Positions 55,105-64,000 of a DNA stretch of 64,000 bases are shown one piece after another. Origin of the DNA: Octopus vulgaris (Eukaryota); assembly GCA_951406725.2 (NCBI GenBank), contig OX597815.1:87668001-87732000 (forward strand), given 5' to 3'. The notes beneath the pieces were generated by a model, which had not been told where the DNA came from, did no database searches, and was given only the letters and a program-made list of their open reading frames with translations. Numbering within the stretch: position 1 is the stretch's first letter; every line of letters begins with the position of its first letter. The translations under genes and the position numbers were made by a program.

Positions 55105-56347
55105 CACATGTATAGAGAAAGAGCGGCGGCAACAGATATAATTTAAATACTGTCTTGAAATTCTGGATTATAACTACGTAAATACACATACATAGATAAA
55201 AAATTAATTCAGGCGTTTATTTTTCATATATTCAGCACACATCTAAGCCTGAATTCCTTATTTCTCTTTAAAAAACCAACAAAAAGCAATACTTAATTTG
55301 TATTTGCTATAGTGGTATAAGATATTTGACGTGTTTACTATGTTGTGAATGTCTCACACGACGGCTACACGTCACGTACAAGCTGGTTTTTACAAAAGAA
55401 TTCTATACATTTTACATCTTTTCTAGATTGTCGTTTTTCTGTGGTATTTGCTTTCCGTGTAATAGATTTCCTTAGTCTGCTTTACATGAGATCTTTGTTG
55501 ACAAATATCTTATTCTAATATTAAGCAATATTACACTTTTATAGATAGTCGTTGTTATGTAATCTCTCTAATGGCTTACTCAGCAACTATCAATATTTCG
55601 GCATAATGGCATTAAAAAAGAACGATAAATTCTGAATGAACAGATATATAAATAAGTAGTAATTTATATTACATGTATTGAGTAATCTACTTCATATTTG
55701 AACACCATTCGATGTCTATCTCTATATTGTTCCTTTTATTTATTTTATTCGTCTCAACCCAAAAGTTATGGACACGCCGAGGCATGTTTCAGTCCCGTAA
55801 ATAATGGTATCTATAAAACCCCTATACAATCCTTTGATGGTTTAGCAGGTTGATATCTCCCATTTGCAATGACGTCTTTATATTTTTCTAGAAAAAGTTT
55901 GTTTTTAACATATCGGCTTACAACGTACGGTGCCGAACAGAAGTAACCAAACGCCTGGAAGATTGCGCCACTGGCCACGCTCTTGTCTATCACCGACAAT
56001 TCATAATTGTCATGCCTTGGTGAAGGGATATGAAAATTATTAAAATATCTCGAAGAAGGGATTGCAGAAGATCGTCTAACAACAGAAATATATAAGAACG
56101 GTGACAGGTTATTGCAACAAATGCAGCAAAACGAATCCGAAAGGCATCAAACTATATTAATGTGATAGTGGTAATAGATAATAAGTTATAACAATGGTAC
56201 AAGAAGAGGTCTAAAACCAATTGAATGCTAGTTATTTATTTTATTTATTCGAGAGAGATGAGAGATAAAGTTGTTCTTGGTCGGATTTGAACTTAGAACA
56301 TAACAAGATGGAACTAAATGCATTACGGTATTCAATGTCATTCTATC

Positions 56348-56560
56348 AAGGCGGAGAACTGGCAGAATCATTACCGCGACGGAAATAATACTCATAATAT
56401 TTCTTCCGACTTTACCTTTTGAATTCAAATTCTTCCGGGGTCGACTTTGCCTTTCATTCTTTCGGGGTTAATAAAATTAGTACCAATTGAACACTGAGAT
56501 CGATGTAATCGACTTACCCTTTTTCTTGAAATTTCTGGCCGTGTGCCAAAATTTGAAATC
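56348..56560 (+). mobile_element. SINE family A copy
   Basis: aaggcggagaactggcagaatc...ttcaaattc...gtcgactttgcctttcat.ctttcgggg...gtgccaaaatttgaaa. Confidence 0.8.
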
Positions 56561-56996
56561 AATTTGTCATATATTTTTTATTGCTCCATCGCTCTACAAT
56601 TCTTATGAATAAATTAATGTGTGTATGTGCGCGCGCGTGCGCACGCATCCTTTTTTTCACTACTCCCTGGTTTGTAAGTGTGTGATAGCTTCACACAAAG
56701 CAAAATAAAATATTGAAATTAATTTCTTAAACTTCAATTGTCTTAAGCTAAACTATAGGTAAACAGGTTACATTAGCTCTACATTTGAATCTGGGGCTTT
56801 ACACCTACAAATATTTACAAAAGCGATTAACGAGGGGATTTGCCTTTAGAAAAATATTACAATATCTTAGATTAGTACAAGGCCGCGTATTTCATTGACC
56901 GAGCTCAGTCGACTGACGCAACCTCACCACGTGCTCAGTACATATGTAATCCTTCCTGATGAAAGAAAATGTCAGTTTCGACAGAAGACTAAATTA

Positions 56997-57092
<96 letters not shown>

Positions 57093-57387
57093 AAGAGGTA
57101 ATCTGAGCGCTCGGTTTTTCCATCCGCTGTGATGGCTCTAACTGCAGCTTCCGGAAGTTATTTCCATATGTTGGTAGCCGACTGCAGAGAACTTGTAAGC
57201 AATTTGGGAGTCGTGACATCAACAGTAGATATGATGTGTGAGTGAAACTCGAGTCGTAAGGCAAAAATAATTTTAAATAAACAATATACTCTTCATCTTC
57301 CACCCTCGTTTACAAATTGCAATATTGACACGCGTATACACACATACATATTTGTACGTGATACCCGCGAAATTTTAATCTCAGCTC

Positions 57388-57435
<48 letters not shown>

Positions 57436-57482
57436 ATGTATGTATGTATGTATGTATATACATACACATATATATATATGTG

Positions 57483-57534
<52 letters not shown>

Positions 57535-57730
57535 CATATGTATGTATGTGATGAAACAAAGATTGGAATATGTGGTATCATTTTAAATCTGTGTTACGCC
57601 AGGAATTTCAACTTATGGATATGATTATCTCATTTAGAATAAAACATTTACATACATACATTTGATTACTGGAATAAGTAGATGAGCTTCACGTGGATAC
57701 AGCCTTGATTATCATCCCTCCGATGTACTC

Positions 57731-57782
<52 letters not shown>

Positions 57783-58064
57783 CGGACACGCATACACACA
57801 GATTCAGACACTCACCGTCACACAAGCATATGATCGTATATCAAAAGGACTATACAAATTATGAAGGTAAACGTGTTGATTCAAAACTGATAAAACCACT
57901 GGTCCAGTTCTAAATTCGGGCAAAAGTCTTGTACGAATACCGAAAAGAACTAGCTTGCCATTTCTGACGTGTATTTTGCGTGTTCCTTACGGTTTCTTTC
58001 AAAATGAATAATATCTACATTATTCGGAATTCAACGCTGATCAATCAAAATACCGAATTATATA

Positions 58065-58362
58065 AAACTGGCGCTCCGTCGGTTACGACGAGGACGGTTC
58101 CAGTTGATCCGTCAACAGAACAGCTTGCTCGTGAAATTAACGTGCAAGTGGTTGAACACTCGACAGACACATGTACCCTTAACGTAGTTCTCAGGGAGAT
58201 TGAGCGTGACAAGGCTGGCCCACTGAAATATAGATACTACTCATTTTTGCCTGCTGAGTAGACTGGAGCAACCTGAAATAGCGTCTTGAACGCGTCGCCG
58301 GGAATTGAACTCACGACCTTACGTGAGCTGAATACCTTAACCACTAAGCCACGTGCCTTCAC
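58065..58362 (-). mobile_element. tRNA-derived SINE family C with a perfect 14-bp TSD
   Basis: TSD taccgaattatata at 58051-58064 and 58363-58376. Minus-strand head gtgaaggcacgtggcttagtggttaagg...gtgagttcaattcccggcg has A and B boxes. Confidence 0.88.
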
Positions 58363-58559
58363 TACCGAATTATATATCGAATTAGTGTAATAGCCAAATT
58401 AAAAAAATCAGCAGGTTATGAAGAAATTCAAAATCACGTGTGGAAGAAATCAAATTTCAAGAAGCAGTCCAGTTTCTGAACGAATCATTGTGCAGTGAAC
58501 CATCTCACTATACTTTCCAAGATATGAAACAATTGCCTGGGTACGAGTTTGAAAGAATA

Positions 58560-59470
58560 TATATATCATAACCTTGGAAGGCAAAGGATCTTTGCCTGAG
58601 TCTGGTACGGAGGATTCTATACCTGGCTAAAATCAAAGAGGATACTCGCGAAACAACTTCAGTAGTCGCAAGCTATATTAATGAAACTCGTCACCTTTTC
58701 ATTCAATAATGATTAAGTGGTTAGTTTTCATAGGCGATCTTATAATCTGACGATTCCACAGTATTTTCTTCAATATATCGAAGAGATTGCATTGTCAGCT
58801 TAAACAGAAACTCGCTAAAGCGAAAGATTAAACAAATGACTGACGGTCAAATTTGCATCATCGAAGTTCAAAGCAAATATTTGGATGTTCTCAACGACAA
58901 GTCCACCAAACCTTGAATTGCATTTTGGGATGTTAATATGTTTATATAAAAATAGCTTGAAATATTGGATTTTATTACCAGCAATAATCTTGCGTATCCA
59001 GAACATATTTCCAGTACTTCAAACAGAGCTGCACAAAGGTTTCGAAAGCGGGGAAGCCATATACGACGCACAAGTTTGAAACATTAATCTCTAACATGGA
59101 TGAATGATTTACATAGTATATTTAGTCAATTTAACTCAGTTCTGAAGAAAATTCGCAGGGTCCTCACATTTGGTAAAACAGAGTCTGATCAAAATGTACC
59201 TACATTACAAGGACTGTCCAAATGCAACTCGCATTACAGAAAAGCGGTTGTTACAACAGTAGTACACTTCAAAAGCACACAAACTACAAGACTTAGGGGG
59301 CTGAGAGATATGTAAGAAAGCAGCAATACGAAAGATGTTGTATGTTGTTTTTTCTTATCGGCACACATCCTCTTGGTACCCAATTCAAAGATATTCAACT
59401 ATTAAAATATATAACAATCTTTCGAACGTTCCAATCTGAGAGTAAAATTCAGGCTTTGAAAAATCAAGTT
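58560..59470 (+). mobile_element. Possible very old Penelope-like RT remnant
   Basis: Weak echoes only: ILYLAKIK (compare FYxLPKIHK), SLKYWI, LQT..KG..GEAIY, LHSIFSQFNS. Confidence 0.3.
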
Positions 59471-59987
59471 CACAAACGCCTCCTATCAATTTCATCCTCG
59501 ATAATGTGACTCCGCTTTCGGCCTAAATGTCTAATGAGGTTATATTGATGTTGTGTTGCCTCTTATCAATCTTGAACCTAACGAATCTATAATGAAATGC
59601 ATTCAACCATGATCATCTCGTTCTTTTCGGTTTATCGTGTTTCACGTTATCCAACATGTTCTTCCTTGTTTTAGATAACAGGGTTGGACTTGAGGTAGAT
59701 TAGGTACTATTTCTCTCATATCAAGTGTCAACGTAGAGCCTATTCCGTAGTCTCCAGCGGATTATTGTGAATGCATAATAGAATGCAGACAGATAGAGAG
59801 TTAGATCGATAAATAGATAGCTGTATATATAGTTAAGCCATACATTCAATGTATACACATATATATATATGCGTATACTCACACGCATGCACACATATGA
59901 CTATATGACTATATACATGGCGCGCGCGTAAAACTCTCACACACACAGACATCTTATATGGGACTCTGTAAATATGTGTGCTGTTTA

Positions 59988-60018
<31 letters not shown>

Positions 60019-60330
60019 GAGAGAGTGAGTGTGCATGAGAGAGAGAGAGAGAGAGAGAGGAGAGGAGAGAGAAAAAGAAAATGAGAGAGAGAGAAAGGGA
60101 GAGTGAGAGAAGACGAGAGAAAAACCAGAGGAGAGAGGTCACTGATAACGCAATTATATATATATATATTATATATGTATAAATTCGGTGCTAACATTTA
60201 AAACATTTCTCACCGTTAACCTCCGCTATCCACCGTTATGTTTATCCCACCGTTCTCGTCTTACAAAACACTTCTCTTCCACATTTTTTCCTTTTCATCT
60301 TTCCTCTTTTCGACTTCACATCTTTTTTCA

Positions 60331-60435
<105 letters not shown>

Positions 60436-61032
60436 ACACACACAGAGGCAGGCAGGCAGGCACGCACGCACGCACGTACACATTTTATATCAATGCATCT
60501 GTCGCCTGGAAGATTGTCAAGCATGAAACTGGGGAAAAATGACAGAATGAAAATTAAACTTCCATTAAATGGATAATTAAAACTTACTATGCACATATAC
60601 GCATACTCGCATACACGCGCGTCTCTCACTCACTTACATACACATATACATAGATATATGTATTGCCGTTTAATTGTAATAGAATTTCAGTGCACCATGT
60701 GTAACATATATGTAGTTTATATAGATTTGTGTGTTTGTTTATAGATATACGTCTATGTAGGCATTTTTTCTTTTCATTGCATGTGGTTATTCAAAATGAA
60801 GTGTTCACGTGTATAATGTATTATTCTTGTGTTCTTGTGTATGTATATACAAACATTCACGTTTGCATGCGTGCGTTCCAGCATACGTGTCTACACCGGC
60901 ACATGTCTGCTTTATTACGTTTATTCGTGTCTTTTTTTTTTCGTTTTCGCCAGACTGTGTATCTGTGTGTTTGTGTGTCTGAGTGTTTGTGTGTCTTTGT
61001 ATCTATGAGTCTGCGAATGCGTACGTGTGAAC

Positions 61033-61068
<36 letters not shown>

Positions 61069-61364
61069 TGAGTGTGTCTGTATGTGTATACTTCTGTGTA
61101 TGTGTGTGTGTATGTATTTGCAGCTGTGTCTATACGTTGGTGCGTTTATGTAAAGATTTTGTGAGTGAATAGATATGCAAGTGTATGTATGAATACACGT
61201 GCCACTCATATATGAGTTGTTTTTGATGACATAGTTATTCTTTTACTGTTGCTGTATACGTTATTGTTGCTGTTATTATTGCTTTGTCCCAGGTCAGCGT
61301 TGACCATAATGACTTTGGTACGAAAGTAGTCAGTAGATACAGATTCAGAATTCCAAATATACCA

Positions 61365-61556
61365 CTATCAAATTTTTGACACAAGATCAGCAATTTTGGG
61401 GGAGGGGATAAATCGATAACTCAACTGGTACTTATTTTAGCGACCCCGAAAAGATGAAAGGCAAAATCAACCTCGGCAGAATTTGAACTCAGAACATACA
61501 GACAGACTTAATGCCGCTAAGCATTTTTCCCGTTGTGCCAACGATTCTGCCAGCTC
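61365..61556 (-). mobile_element. SINE family A copy
   Basis: gaccccgaaaagatgaaaggcaaa.tc.acctcggc.gaatttgaactcagaac...acgattctgccagct. Confidence 0.8.
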
Positions 61557-62092
61557 TCTGCATCTTCACATAGCTGAAGACCGCATGTTCCCATCCAACA
61601 TGGAGGGGTTTGTTTCATTATATGTAAAGGGGCCGTCTGGTCATGTTGCAGTTTTGATACCGTCGAATATGTTTTAGTTCGTTCCTTGTTGTTTAGCGCC
61701 ATACCAGCTCGATTGAGCGAACCATGATCAAAAGGCTCCCCAGCATGACCATCCCGTCAATTTCCTCAGACATAATCTAGAAGCACGTCAGTTTAGAGGC
61801 ACATTATCTAATGTGTCCTTCTGATTTTAAGCACCATAGGATGTAGCTTGATGAAAATTTGTCTGTTATTTCTAGCAGGGTGAATGTCTACATGGAAGCT
61901 TCCTAGTTAGTCCATCTCTTTATATTTTGGGATGGTATTGCTAATGCAAAATCAGGTCGCAATAATTGCTGCACCTCTGCATTAACATCTGGATTGCATC
62001 ACCGTACAATGTTACGAACTAATCAGATGCAGCTGATTACTCTGTCTGTCTGTCTGTCTGTGTCTCTCCCTCTCTGTCTCTATCTGTCTCTC

Positions 62093-62125
<33 letters not shown>

Positions 62126-63844
62126 GTAGAGTGCTTTCCCCGTTTATCTGGACTGAGTTAGAAGGATATTATTCTTAAGATGGTGTAGCAGTATTTTTTT
62201 TTCATTAGGGCATTGTTGATGTGTCATTGTGCTTGCGAGTGATTGAACATGTTGTATGACAAGAACATGCACGAAACATAGGTTGCTGTTGCAACACGCT
62301 CTAAAGTTTTCTATGACATCTGTACTGCATGTTCAAGTGGTCATCCATTTGGAATATTTTAGCTGCATGGTGTACGTGGTCTGTGAGTAAGGTCTACGTG
62401 CAACCTATGATAACACAATATATTATATATGGTATTTTTCGTTTGTTGTGATTTGTTACAAAGAGATTGAGAGCCCAACTTAATTATAGTTATTGTTGTT
62501 GCTGTTGTTATTGCTCAGTTTGCTTTGCTGTTATTGTTGCTGATGTTGATGCAGCTGTTACTAATATTTTTATTGCATTTTGTTGCAGCTGCAGCTAAAG
62601 ATGTTATTTAGTTTTAGTTTTTGGCTTTGATTTAGCTAACATATGATCAAAGGCGTTCCAGCCGTGTCTATCCCATTGCCTTATGGGACGTTACTTTTTA
62701 AGACAGCTGGGTGTGGTTTGAGGGATTTCGGCTGCGGTTTCCCGCAAGTCGACCGACACAGCGAGAAGCATTGATTTTCAAACAGTGCACCGCAAGCGGT
62801 CTCTAGGTACGTAACAGAGCTTTAAAAATTTATTTCAACGCTTCAGAAAATCCATTATGTCTTAAAAAATCATAATTAAATCATACACAATAATAAAATA
62901 AAGGGATAGCTATTGATCTTCTGATCGAACGAAGCAAATTATGTTTCCATTGGGGTTTCTAAGTTGCGGATACTGTGCGCCTGCCGCAACGCTTGACAGG
63001 AGTATCAATGTTTTTCTATGACGGGGCTAAATTTGAACTCAGATTGCAGAGTCGGAACATATACCACAAGGCATTCTTCCGACGCTCTATCAATTCCATA
63101 AACCTACCGCATTCGACTGATACATCTTAAAATGATACCCGAAAAGCAAACTTGACTTCGGCGGAATTTGAAATTAGAATGCAGAGAGTCGGGCATATAT
63201 CACGAGGCTTTCTATCCGGCACTCTAACGGCTCTACCAATTCGGCATCTTATATAGAAAGAAAGCTAAGTAACCAATAGTTGAGTGCAATGTGGGTGTGT
63301 ACACGAATTTGCTTGTGTGCAAATTTTGTTTGTCTATGCAAAGTTTGTGCACATCCATACAATTAAGGATCTTCAATTAAAAAAATAAATAAAAAACTCG
63401 ATTTCATCTTGAAAACCTTGCGTGCGCACATTTTTCATTTGTGCGCTAAGTGCAATGCATGTGCGCGCGCACAAGCGCACAACTTAAGGAAACATTTGTT
63501 TTTTTTGTGCATTGTTTCCTAACTTTTAAACTTTAATGCAGTTATCCTTTTTTTTTTACAGTTCCATTTGATCTCTAACATGCCACGAAGTCAAAATAAC
63601 TAAAGACCATTGATACCGAGCCCTTCTCCCTCATTGGCTCGTGCTGATAATATCGTTTATCAATTTGCTTTTGTTGTTCTTGTTGTTGCTTAGTCTTGAC
63701 ATTATTTTTTTTTGTTTTGTTTTGTCGTTTACTCTGTTGCTGTTGTTCTTGCCACTTGGCATTAAATTACAAATCTTACTATTTGCATATATTCAGCAGT
63801 TTACAAAATATGGAACAAAATACCACAATTATCAACAGGAGTAG

Positions 63845-63972
63845 CACCACCTCTACCACTATCACCACCACTATCCCCCCACCATTTCCACCACTACCTC
63901 CACTACCCCCACCACCACTACCCCCACCACTACCGCCACCACCACCACCACTTACACAACTACCTCCACCAC
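63845..63972. repeat. (CCA)n-rich low-complexity tract
   Basis: Read directly. Confidence 0.9.
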
Positions 63973-64000
63973 GTACCACGAATTCAAACAGGTCGAGCAC

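Noticed and set aside
62945-63498. Possible hAT MITE (ctaagttgcg ... cgcacaacttaaggaaacatt) interrupted by SINE fragments
   Set aside because: The ends are too degraded and no TSD could be identified.
63779-64000. Gly-rich ORF and a gtaagt donor-like site near 63955 as a possible upstream LOXL exon
   Set aside because: It is (CCA)n low complexity with no SRCR or signal-peptide character.

Overview
AT-rich, microsatellite- and SINE-dense animal DNA. The repeat families and microsatellite load point to an octopus (inference). The only host gene I can build is a minus-strand lysyl oxidase-like (LOXL) gene with 8 coding exons between 53279 and 12115. All junctions are GT-AG and phase-consistent, giving about 552 aa. 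It encodes half an SRCR domain, a long Thr/Pro- and Glu/Lys-rich linker, a full SRCR domain and an intact LOX catalytic domain (WEWHECHMHYH copper site, LTQ Lys and Tyr). I found no 5' exons in the window, so they probably lie beyond it. Introns and flanks hold decayed Helitron, R4/Dong, Hero-like, Penelope-like and pogo elements, two clean MITEs and several tRNA-derived SINE families. The most notable observations are a 213-bp-arm near-perfect hairpin inside a predicted ~7-kb LOXL 3'UTR, the unusual LOXL linker with a furin-type site, and a CpG-decay boundary. I found no convincing novel multi-gene system. Nearly all ORFs in the supplied track are microsatellite artefacts.
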